DNA of 61,421 nucleotides, the filler included, from Choristocarpus tenellus KU-1152 (taxonomy: Eukaryota > Protista > Phaeophyceae): NCBI GenBank assembly GCA_964200185.2. It is 10 parts of 10 records of this genome, joined end to end, with 100 filler letters (N's around TTAATTAATTAA, not from the genome) between each part and the next. Parts side by side here need not be neighbours in the genome. Positions count along the whole stretch, not along the records: positions 29,938 to 41,778 come from CAXNAD020002106.1; positions 41,879 to 45,671 come from CAXNAD020017891.1; positions 45,772 to 50,107 come from CAXNAD020015049.1; 7 more parts are not named here. One strand, 5' to 3'. The position numbers and the translations under genes were made by a program. Positions 38,097-49,984 of the stretch are shown piece after piece. Position 1 is the stretch's first letter, and each line of letters begins with the position of its first letter. A model generated the notes under the pieces. The model was not told the DNA's origin. It searched no databases and worked only from the letters and a program-made list of their open reading frames with translations.

Positions 38097-41000
38097 TTAT
38101 GTGTGCTAGGCAGATGGAAGGCAGCAGGCACTTGTTTAGTTACTTGGTGTAATTTTCGTAAGTTTCGTGTTGAGTTGTGACCTGATACGTGAGTAGGTAT
38201 TGTAAATGTTCTTGTCAGAAATGAACCATTTTTTTACATTGAAAATGCACCAGCCAGTGTTTCAATTTTTATTTTAAAAGATTTTGAAATGGAGTTTCAC
38301 TTTAGTCGGCAATATGATAAGAATAATAAAGAAACTGTTGACGGTATATCTGAAATTAAGTATAGCTTTTACGGTGTATATCATGGCGCCGTACAGCCCC
38401 ACCAATGACCGATTTCCCAGTCTGAGAGGCAAAAAATTCCAAATTTGTGAACGACCGCCTGAAAAAGGTCTCTATTGAAGCACTGGCTCCATAATAAGGG
38501 TCTGTGGTTTAAGACTATTGATTGGTTCCATGCCCAGCCATGTTGGCTGCATTTCCAGGGATCGAGGCAAGTGCTTTCCACCGCCAAGCAGAGCAACCAA
38601 AAGCATTGATGTTGTCACTACCACCTCTACTGTATTTTTTTTGTTCTGGAAGGAAAAACCGTTCAGAGGAGAATAATCAACGAGGCATCGAGTTGAGAAG
38701 GAACAAAGTGTGTGTGTATATAGGATTGAGAATCTAGAGTGAGGCACTCATTATTATAATACATACATCCTCAGCAGTACTGTTCTGTTGTGCCTGCCAC
38801 GTGGTTCGTCGAATCAACTTTCCTGAGAGCAAATCGACCTTGACCTAGAAAAAACCCACAAATTCCTTTGGTAGAAGTTGGCAGACTACCACTTAAGAAT
38901 GGTCATGTACGTCACATGCTGGAGTGGTTTGCACAAAAAATGGTGATTTTTCCTTTCACTTTACCTTCTACAATTCTCTGCCAGTTCAGGTCAATGAGTG
39001 GTCTTTCCGTATTTCTTGATGCAATGTAACTTAAAGAGGGGATATATAATGTACATAGTAGAATCTTCAATGGACAGCTGGATCATAGATAGAACAAGCA
39101 AAAAAAATGTCATCAACAGAAGGTAATATTATTTGGCAACACTTGAGTTTACTGAAACAAGTACTTTTTTGGTCCAAAACTCCTTTCGCACCTGCCCCCA
39201 TTTCCACGTTAGATAACTGCAAACCTTTGACCACAAAGTACTTGGCACTCTTCCAATTTTTTTGATTTTTCTAAACGATCATGGGCGAAAAGGACTGGGA
39301 GCAATCACCACAAGACTTAATATGTAGGGTGCTAGTTCACGAGGGCTCCAATTACCAACAACAATCCACCAGAAGATTCTCTGTTCAAGCATCGTATGTA
39401 CCTACTTGATGTATCCAAACTTTTTCAGGACTATAATACATGTCTGGTCTCTATTTTGAAGCCTCACATTCCATGTTCATGCTATTTCTCTTCACTCTGA
39501 TTTGGTCCTCGCATCAAAAAGAAGTACGAGCAACTGACCATAGAATGCCGTGATACGTTGGACACTTCCAAGTACAGAGTAAATAACATAATTATCGCAT
39601 CATCTTGTCAGACAGAGCACAGAGGACCGACCTCACGGTACTATAATAAATGAGGTAGAGCAACTGCTACAAAAGTCATGTGAATGAGATCCCTAATCAG
39701 CGTGACAGAAGGAGAACACTTCATTGTATCTCAAACAGAAAAACAACGATTGTTGTACTAAACATGTAGGTACCTAATAGGGACATTGAGTCACATATGT
39801 TCATTTGAACTGACTTTGAGTCAAACCAACTGACAGGTAGACAGGGTTACATTTTAAGGATCTTGAGAAAGGGCAAAAAGATATCATTTTGTACGATTGC
39901 AGAATGATCTTTGGTAAACTGTGGTGTCACGTCGTGTGTGAAAAAGAGGAATATAATTTTTCTTGAGCACTATTGTGCATATTATGAAGCAATGAAATAG
40001 AGTGTATTGTACAGGTAAGAAAGGTGAATTAGAATGCAAAAGGGTCAAAACCTGCCTACCTCTCAATTGGCTTGACTCTTTCCCGCTTTGAACTCATAAT
40101 TACATTTCCCAACTGCATCCAATGATCCACCAGTAGTTGAGTCGAAATTCCCCCCACACGGTAATTTCACAGGGTACTGCAGACTCATCCCCGCTTCTCA
40201 TTCGGTCTCTAAGAGAACAAGCCCATCTATTAGTGTCTCGACTTTGACATACCTTTACCCAATGCTCCTTCGTCCCCAGAGGATACTCTGGTAGCACTAT
40301 GTTGAGCAGCCCAAAGCTCCATCAACGATCCCTGCGATCTGTGTAGCTCTAATTGTCTCGACATACTTTGAAATAGTTACATTAAAATCAAGAAAATGTG
40401 TTGTCAACATTTCTAAAACCAAGAGACCGATTGTAACACTAAAGAAAATGAGCAATACCTAACCGCAATTCATCCAGTGTACCCTTTGGTGCACGAATTA
40501 TTACCTTGGCATTTGTTTGTGCAATTTGTTGCCTACCATCACAGCCGCCAATCAGGTCTTTGTTTTTTGTTCTTGTATACTTCCTCCGTTCGGAATTAAA
40601 TGTAACATGACTTTGCGAGCTCCATTCTCGCCTGGGAACGACCCATATGATAAACCCTCTGGGATAGGCTTAGTTCTTATATAGATTAGGAGGCGTGCAA
40701 ATTTTGAGAGGATGGTCTGTCATGACTGTGGAGGGTTTCCAGTGCAAAGTCGACCGAGTGACATTTGACAGGGTTGAAGAACCTCGTGAAACTGCCAAAG
40801 TGGGTATTGGGATACCTAGGACAAGAGCCCCTCATCGTTCAAGCGGCTCGCTCATCTGGTCGTCGCCCGTCGGCCCCAACTCTTCAGCCCAGGAGTCTGT
40901 CTGGGGTTCGGACTCAAAAACCACGATGAAGAAGAGTGTGGTGGCACAATGCCTAGAGGCGAGAGGACATAAGACTTGGATACCTCGGAGGCCAGCAGCA

Positions 41001-41510
41001 GCCATTGCAAAGGACTTTGAATTTTCCCGAAACATCTTCTGCCATCTGAAGGAGTAAGACAGCCAAATCGCACTGGGTGAATGCATGGACCTTGTATGAT
41101 GTGACAAGGGGTGATGTGGCCACTGTACAAGTATCCTCGAAGTTTGGGATGTCCCATCAATGCACTGCACGTCCTTCCGTACATGTGCGACCAAAGGGTC
41201 ATAATATCCTTGAGGGAGGATCCGGCGTCCATTCAGGGGCTCTGTGAACCTGCAGTGATTTCATGTCATCTGAGTGAACATTTCAGATGTAAGGGCAATT
41301 TCCTTCATCTGAGCGAATCTTTCTTTCCCCCCTACCTGCCTTAACCAAAACTGAAGGAAAATTACCCCCAAAACGGGCATCAAACTGGGATGTCTTACAT
41401 AACCCCATCAAGTCCTGAATGGACAACATAGGCTAAACCCCCCCCCCTCTAAATACTATGGGTCCAAAGCTGGGGTCTCCCTTGCCTCACAATGGGACCT
41501 TTGCAAGTGC

Positions 41511-41740
41511 AAGAAGGTGAAGAAGGCCAAGCAGTGGATTAAGCCAGTCCTCTCAGACCAGCACAAAGTCAACAGGGTGGGTTTCGTCATCAGCCACATG
41601 CACAGGTGAGGAGCGGAGTATTAGTGGAAGATCTATACAACTGGGTGCATGTGGACGAGAAGTGGTTTTACATCCTCAAAGATGTGCAAGACGTGTACCT
41701 GCACGTCACTGAGGATCCCCCCAAACCCCCACAGGCACAG
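41511..41740 (+). pseudogene. Mariner-like (DD39D-type) transposase fragment
   Basis: WIKPVLSDQHKVNRVGF, then a frameshift, then EDLYNWVHVDEKWFY, the first catalytic D motif of plant/stramenopile mariner-like elements. Confidence 0.8.
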
Positions 41741-41878
41741 ATAAGTGTGTTACAGGCGAATAGCGCGATTATTTCTTCNNNNNNNNNNNNNNNNNNNNNN
41801 NNNNNNNNNNNNNNNNNNNNNNTTAATTAATTAANNNNNNNNNNNNNNNNNNNNNNNNNNNNNNNNNNNNNNNNNNNN

Positions 41879-41929
41879 GTCCATTAAAGCACCATAAAAG
41901 CCGCGGGTCCAGTGTGGGATAGTCCAACA
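41879..41929 (-). mobile_element. Second TGTTG-terminus copy at contig start
   Basis: The reverse complement reads tgttggactatcccacactggacccgcggcttttatggtgctttaatggac. Confidence 0.6.
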
Positions 41930-42231
41930 AACACAACCAGGAGGCAGTAAAGATTGTGTGTGAGATTCATCTGCTTGATCTGCTTGATCTGCCTTAGTTT
42001 GGCGGAATGCTATTGTCTAGTCACTTTGGCTTCTCTTGGCATGCAAAGTGTCCATGATGAAGCGTTCCCTCCATCAGCTACACATACATCTGTTCTACCC
42101 TTCTGTGTCGACTTTCTTCCCTTGCAAAGCACCAAGTAATCGGGATCCAATGGTGCTGAACATTATCTTGCAAAGATGCCCACCTTTCCACCCTTGACCC
42201 AATACAATCTACGTTAGGAGGCTTGGGTGAT

Positions 42232-42490
42232 GAGTGAAAATATCTTAGAGGGTATGAGTTTTGTCCTGTTTGTCTGTTTGGTGCTTGGCTTCTCACAGGC
42301 CTTTTGATGACATTTTCCTACTCTGAAATGTTTCGGAATAGGTAAAATGTACACATTATGAAAATGTGTGTCCAGAACAAGGATACTGGCACTTCCAAAC
42401 AAACAAGATAGTCAAAATTACATCAAAATAGCAACATTGGATTTTGGCCCCCAAACGGACGCGACCCTACCCTCTAAGATACTTTCACTC
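42232..42490 (-). mobile_element. MITE family A full copy (259 bp), inverted orientation
   Basis: gagtgaaaatatcttagagggta ... taccctctaagatactttcactc, with flanks tgat/taat. Confidence 0.88.
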
Positions 42491-45400
42491 TAATTGAGAA
42501 CCTAATACTGACCCTTTCTTGTAGCTGATGAAAGAAGAATGGAGCAAATGTAGGAAGTCTAAGCATCAGCGACATCGGTTCAAACTTGTTATTTGAGTGA
42601 AGATGCTTGGAGAACAAAGTACTCATGCACCCTCCTTTTCTCCTTTCTTCTTTGGTGTATCAAAATATTTGGAAAGTACTAATACTGGAGATAAATACCT
42701 CTACATTTGAAAGTTTGTAGGAATTGGCACAAGAAGATGGACATCATATTGGATAAGGACTGTACTACTATTGTGGAGACCGATCTTAGTTTGATGGGGA
42801 TTGATGTCCATGATTTATTTTCTTAGTGCATCCTGATTTATTTTCTTCTTCTGTGTTTTCAGTTCTTGTCTGTTCTCTCTCTTTTTGTGTTCCCTCCATG
42901 TCCATAGAAGCCAGACTGTATGTAATGAGGTATGGTAACCATAGTAAGAATAATTCAGTATTGGGGTTAAAAAACAATATCATGACAATACAAGGACATG
43001 GTAAAAATATGATCTGGTAGAGAACCACGATTGGCATGCTTGATGAGTATCGTTAGCTTACCTGTTAAATTAGGTGCAACAAGAGGCGGGCAGAGGAAGG
43101 TCTAACAATGCAGAGAATCTCTCCATCTTAAGAGATCACTCCATGCCAGGACCCTGACTGGGGTCTCAATTATGCAGAAGAAGAGGTTTGTTTCGCATAA
43201 TGTTGTCATAAATACTGAGCAATTAACCCCGCTTCACTCGCGCTAAAATAAGCACACATTCATTTTGATCATAGTCATGTACACTGTTAATACGGTAAAA
43301 TGCAATTGAAAAAGAATGCACTGCTACTTCACTGTACCCATACTTTTTTTATACACCTTTTTTGGTCACATAGGAGCAATTATTAGGCAAAGGAATACTC
43401 CACACACTTGAAAAAAAATGACCGCACTAGATTTTTTTAATCACACAATCGTTCTGACTATCTTCAGTCACATACACGCCTCTTCCACCCCGTTCGTGGC
43501 TGTTCTCGTAGAGTGGTTTATCACTGTCCACTTTTGCTGTTTGTCTGTGATTGATCCACAGACATGCGCTGCCCTGAGCTATGTATTGTTCATCCCTCAG
43601 TTTTCCAAGACTTTCTTATTCGACAAAAAATCTGAACAGAAAAATAAACTGAACTTGAGAAAAATATGTCAAAACATAGGCTACTCATCTTTTGTGTGCT
43701 TGATACGATACGGCATTACCAGTTCATGCTGACTGTTGATTCGCACATTGGTACTGGTCATTACTCTCATTTACATCACTGGCAACCTCATCATAGCATC
43801 ATCAACTACTGATGGAACATCATGGTGTATAGAATAGTATGGAACAGTTGACATCTGTCAAACATACAAGCATAGTATGTGGCACATCAATTGTCCCAGA
43901 TATTGATTCAAGTTTGCTTCTTTATTTTTCTTTTGATCTTTGCATCAGAATCATCAGAGTTGCGTCTTATATTTCATTTTTCTTTAAAATATGCTTCTCA
44001 TCAACAACTGCATGAATGCACTCGCTATTTCAGTGGTAGAGTCTAGCGCTGTTATGACCATACCTGTTATTGGTGCATATTTGTGCATATACACCCTTTC
44101 TAGACAACACCTCTATAAGAAATATACTCCACATTAAATTACAATATTAATGTGGTCTGATCTTCTACATTACGTTGAGGTATAACCTCCACACGACACC
44201 CTCTCATGTTGGGTTAAGGTAAGGAGATAACTCAAAAACAGCCACTCTGAAGAGAGCAGTTGTGGTATAGTTTTGATTTTAATCAGTTATTGACCCATCC
44301 AATGGGTTTTCCTGGATTCCTGATAAATGCTTTTGATATCCAAGCATCTGTGTTATTATTCTATTTTTTGTGGGTCTGGGAATTGTTGCATCCATATCCC
44401 ATGCATCTCCACTTCTGCTTGGCGAGAAAAATAGAGGAACATGTCTCTTGCACTATTTATTTAGTCTACACTTTGTGAAGGAATCAAAGGGGTACTAAAA
44501 GAATCTTCGATCTTGAAGTTTTCAGCCCGAAGTCAGTTTCTGAAATTTCCTCTCATTACTGAACAAAAAGGGGCACGTACTACTCTTGCCAATCAAAGAT
44601 AACATGAGGAAGTAGAATCACAAAAAATTGAAACTAACGGTCAAATTTATGTAACAGAACAAAAGAGAAAAAAAAGAAATAAGTGTCAATTCCATACTTG
44701 GTAGAACTCTGCTGCAACAGTTGCAGCCACATGCACGAAAGCATCCCGATCAAACAAGCATTCCTCACACATACCCTATGCCTTGAGGTTATTACTCCCA
44801 GCCAACTAACTGAGCAGAGGCTTCATACAAGTTCCCTTCTGGGATACAAGCAGCTCATCGTCAGTTCTTCAAGACAAGCAAGCCTCGTCTCCTACACCTC
44901 CTGAGTGGAACACACTATTATCAACAAAACCAACTGCAGCAATTGTAGGCCAATTATGAACACAAAACATGGAAGATGTGATGAAACTTAGCAGAAGTGA
45001 GACTGATGACCAAACCTGAACACACGGTAATCGGGAGGCCAAAAATACACACTCATAACTTAGCTTCCTCTTGTTAAAAAAAAGCTTGTACCCCAAGGCA
45101 GGTCCACCTATGATCTCAAAAAACATCACGATCCATACCTCCACAACATATCAGGAACATATATTTTTACCAAAATAAGAAAAAAAACAAAGACGCCGCT
45201 TCCCCCCCCCCCCCCCCCCCCCCCCCCCACACAAACACCACCTCACTATCTATAAAAAAAAAACAAAATAATTAACAACAAAACACCCAACAAACCCCAC
45301 AACACCANNNNNNNNNNAAAAAAAAAAAAAAAAAAAACCCCCCCCCCCCCCCCCCCCCCCCCCCCACTGCCTGCAAAAACTCGTCGAGATCTTGAATATA

Positions 45401-45844
45401 ATAGATATCTTATCTCCTCAAAAGCATTCCCCAGCTACAACTCAGCCTAAAAGAAGAAAAAAACTGTCACATGTATCTGTCTCAAACGACCATTGGGGAA
45501 CTAAGCACTGCATACCCAGATGCCACACCTCCCTCATCCACTCCTTCCAGCTTTGTCCTGATAAGATAGCCTGCGTACTCATTCAGCAGTTCTCCTGACT
45601 CTCCCCCCCACCCCCCCAACCAAAAACCTGATGGACAAGGCCCACGTCCCATATAGCTCAGGAGATGTGGANNNNNNNNNNNNNNNNNNNNNNNNNNNNN
45701 NNNNNNNNNNNNNNNTTAATTAATTAANNNNNNNNNNNNNNNNNNNNNNNNNNNNNNNNNNNNNNNNNNNNTTTTTCTTGTTCTGGGGAAGGAAAGACAG
45801 TCATGCGGGGACGGGATGGTGGGTGAAAAGAAAAGAGGGGGAAA

Positions 45845-45889
<45 letters not shown>

Positions 45890-46805
45890 CTGTAGGCACC
45901 ATCCATGCACATACTTTCAATGATGTGGGGAAATGAATTGCTTGACTGCACTGAGTATGATCCTCTTCTAGTAACAACAAAATATTTACATCACAGTTAT
46001 ATCCTGTTTCCTTCATGAGACGTGCTACAACTTCATTCCAAAACATTTTTTTTCTTTTGATCAAAAATACTGCATTTTAGTTTAAATGTCACATAGCATT
46101 ATTAGTTTAAAAGTCACATCTTCCAGGAAAACATTAAAAAATATATATTCAGAAAAAAAAATCTACATCCCCCAGAGGCCCGACTTCAACCAGAAAGAAA
46201 GTTCCAACACCAACAGCATAAAAAGAATAATAATCCGATGGAGGAAGTCAATATCGAAAAAAAAAAAAAATCGAAATTCAACACAAAAAATCACACTACT
46301 GGAAAACAAAACAAAACAAAAAAACAGGACAAAAAAAAAAGTAAGAGACGTTCTCAACGCCTTTCACATTTCCTTATGCGTCAAATTTCGTCAACAACTT
46401 TACACCTCAGAACCACTATCAATATCATTATTACCCTAGATGACCCCCAGCAATACTTACTGCACAGCAGACATCACGGAGGCAACGGGCCCGAGTGCTT
46501 GGTCGACAAAGGTAATGTGAGTGCATCACAAAAGTGCATCACAAAAGTGCATCACAAAAGTGCATCAGATGTATAATCGTTCTTTATTATTTGTAACACC
46601 CATTGTCCTCGGCATCACTTTGGGTTATTTGCTCTGTGGCGCTTGCCATCCAGACAGTGAATTACTTGCCGTGCGAACTTTCCAACAACAAACAAAAAAA
46701 TTACAAGCTGTACATGTGTTGTTCGATAACACAAGGTGTGTGTGTTGCTCGAGACAGAAAGAGGAACACTTTGAAAACTCCAAAATTGGATGTGCTGCTA
46801 CCAAC

Positions 46806-47936
46806 CTTCTCAAAATAAACTCCAGCAAACCCGGAAGTGCAGCAAGCCGAAAGGACCGCCACAAATCCGGTAAGCATGCTCTGGTTGGGATCGACCTCCT
46901 CTTCTGCCGATTTGGATCCAGACACCTGGACCATCGCCACACCGAGTGCCAGCATCACCAGGGAAGCCCATTGGAGGGAACCAAGCACCCTGGCAGGCAA
47001 AAACAGCAACCGAAGTGAGTTAAGAGTTCAATGACATTGCAGGGAAAGAGTTCATCAATGAAATCAACTAAGGTAGAGGCAGAGCGGGCACGATTTAGGT
47101 TCGGCCGCAATCCTGTGTCACATTCCTTCCACCCATTCAGAGGATGTGTGCAGACACTTTGGACAACACAACGTACTTCTCGTGCGTTTTGATGGATGTT
47201 CTAACCCTGCAATCTCTAAACAATGGGTTGACATACTGGAGAATCGCCTGCAGCTTAGGTGTAACACCTAGTCTTTTCTAAAGAAGACCATTTCCCATCT
47301 CCATCCATTGTGAGTCTTGCCTGTTGAGCATAACTACTGAGAAGATGGCAGTGGTCAAGATCTTGAGTTGATAGAGTAGCTGATAAGTCGGTCCGTCCAG
47401 GTTGGACACGGCCACATAAGCGAGATTGTTTTGGACCACATACAGGCAGGCTGGTACAGCCATCTTCAGCACGTCAAGTGGCTTACTGAGTACATCCTCA
47501 TGGAATGTGTTGCGTAGCGCCTTCAAACTTCCGTCTGCCTGGGATCGAAGACAGGATGAGTTTTTCGGTTGGTTACTGTTACTGGACTTGAGAGGACTCC
47601 GTAGAGGAATCTTGACCCAAATATGTCCCCCAACTTCCCACCAAGCATTCTGTGTAATGACCTTAATTGGACAACCATAAGACGATTTGGGATGGAGGGT
47701 GCTAGGATTTTGATAAGTTGGTCACCTTGTACTGTAACAGAAAGGACAATATCATCTTGACAAGTTCAGCCATTACAACGGCTGTCGTTGAAGCGTAAAT
47801 GGGGCCGTCGCTGGCATCGCTCGAAGCTCGCGAATATCGCATAAAGAGGGCCAGAGCAGAGTTTTGGACAACGAGTGTCACAAGGACAGCAACTCGGGTC
47901 ACATCCTTCCGCATACCTCCAGACTCTGTCGGAGAA
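46806..47936 (-). CDS. Nucleotide-sugar transporter, SLC35A (UDP-galactose/UDP-GlcNAc/CMP-sialic acid transporter) family, partial
   Basis: Exons 47936 (or ATG 47914)-47726, 47538-47321 and 46989-46806. Motifs LVVQNSALALFMRYSR, STTAVVMAELVK, AVPACLYVVQNNLAYVAVSNLD, TYQLLYQLKILTTAIFSVVMLNR, QWASL, SGFAGVYFEK. A possible upstream exon lies near 48257-48370. Confidence 0.9.
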
Positions 47937-49911
47937 CTGAGGAGGAGTGAGGGGTGGGAATGTTTATCTAGGTGCTGCAAGAATGAGATACTCTAGAAGT
48001 GGTGATTATTAGTGAACACATTAAATTCCATTTTTCGAGATGAAAAGCTGATAAGGTCAAAATCCGATACGAAAGGGTCCCAAACTCATTCTATCATTCC
48101 ACAACTGGTGGTGAATAGGCCGATACCACACAAAAAATACTCAATTCCCAACAACCTACAATGTGACGAATGGGTTTACAACACTGTCCCTGTTGCAGGT
48201 TCCACCACACACTTGGCTGATGTGTTCATTCGGCTTAGTTGTTCGAACAATCTCACATGGAACTCGAGTCTTCCCCTGAGGAATCGCCGTCCTTAGTTCC
48301 CTCCTCAACCACCTGTTCTACGTGCGGAGGAATCTTTACGTCTGCACCCTCCCTCCTTTTGAGGAAGCGCCTACTGAATGTACAATATGTCAAGATAAAA
48401 AGACCAACTAAGATGTTCTTCTTCTAATGTGTTATACGTGGTATGTTAAAGTTGGAGACAAGTTACAACGACTAAAAGTGAATGTCGCCAACGCCTCCAG
48501 AAAAAAAGTTCCAGGAATGAATCAACATATTGATATTCACATTCTTAAATTCGGAATAGGTTGAAGGGCTTTTTCAGTTATAGGTTAGATTCTATTTCTT
48601 TCACAGTTTTTTTAATTCTTTGTATATTTGGGAACATGTTGTTGGATTGCCATTATTTGTGGGGAGATAAGCAAATTTTGCTATGTATGGCAAAAGAAGA
48701 AACAAGGTGTAACTTGAATGGAATGTATATGCATGCTGTAGATAAATATATACATATTATTATGACATCTAGATATATCAACACACTTCACTAAGCATAA
48801 AATGTAGGTGTGGACACTTACTTCCACCTTAATTGAATTTGTGGTACCGTGGATCTGGGTGGGGTCAATGAGATGAACAGGTTCATTGCGCGGTGACTGT
48901 CAACCTCCGATGATGAGGAAAAGAATGACGAGAACGTCAGTAATGATGTGACGATCATTGTGTCAATGGGCCGCTTGATCTCGTCCGACTGGAAACAGTC
49001 TTCTTGTAACCCACAAGTTTCATTATTTGTCTGACACAGGAGGATCAGATTTGGGGGAAATAACCACAACAAGTTTGGGCAGGGTGGTCTCTTCTCCTGC
49101 AAAACATACAGGACAGGAAATGTAAATGTCTCTCAGGCGTAGCATCAAAGTGTGGCTACCACTGGGAAAACGGAAATAATGAAGAGGACCTAATAAAAAA
49201 AATCGCCTCTTCTGGTGGGGTCACTTACCGATTTGGGGGTACTTTGCCTCACCCTGTCTGTGCGCATGGTCTGACTATGATCGATTACGTCGAAATATTC
49301 GACCCGATCTAACCTAAAATTGATCAGTTATTTCGATTCACAACAATGAAAAACTCCAAGGTTTGAATGAAGTCCCTCTACACCTCCAGTGAAATTTTCT
49401 AACTTTTTCTTGAGTTTTTTTATCATGTCCAGACTCGTGTTCTTCTACAGCATTTGAAATGGACTACATTGGACATTCACTCATATCAAAGGAAAGGTGG
49501 TTGTGTAACTTTCTGATTGCATTATGATTTTTTAAAGTGAGTAACTGGACCTCTTCATTTTAACGTCGTCTTTCTATTCCAATTAGTTGAACTGAAGTCG
49601 ATTGAACTATCACAATTAATTCACAACACTACCGAAAACCTGTTACGAATATATGAGGTTGGAATCTTGTAAAACTTTCAAGGCCAGGGTTGCTTAAATA
49701 TCCTCATCGCAGTTTTTTCAACTAATAGGACAGAACCTGAAGAGGAGTTGTCATATTTGATGTTGATGGGAACATCACCCATCTCAACGAAATAAGTTCG
49801 CACTGCACTTGTGTGTGCGCGCGGATATTGATTGAACTGAGATCACTTCCGACAAGTAGACGTTTAATTGGTCACATATTCTATCGAAAGCGAATAATAT
49901 TTGCAACACCC

Positions 49912-49984
49912 AACCCTCGGCGGGGATCGAACCCGCAATCTTACGCTTCGTAGGCGTACGCCTTATCCATTGGGCCACGAGGGC
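49912..49984 (-). tRNA. tRNA-Arg(ACG)
   Basis: GCCCTCGTGGCCCAATGGATAAGGCGTACGCCTACGAAGCGTAAGATTGCGGGTTCGATCCCCGCCGAGGGTT: 7-bp acceptor stem, TACGC/GCGTA anticodon stem with loop CTACGAA, and a GTTCGAT T-loop. Confidence 0.92.

Noticed and set aside
40695-41344. Possible decayed LTR-retrotransposon integrase
   Set aside because: Only vague resemblance; I could not identify HHCC or DDE motifs.
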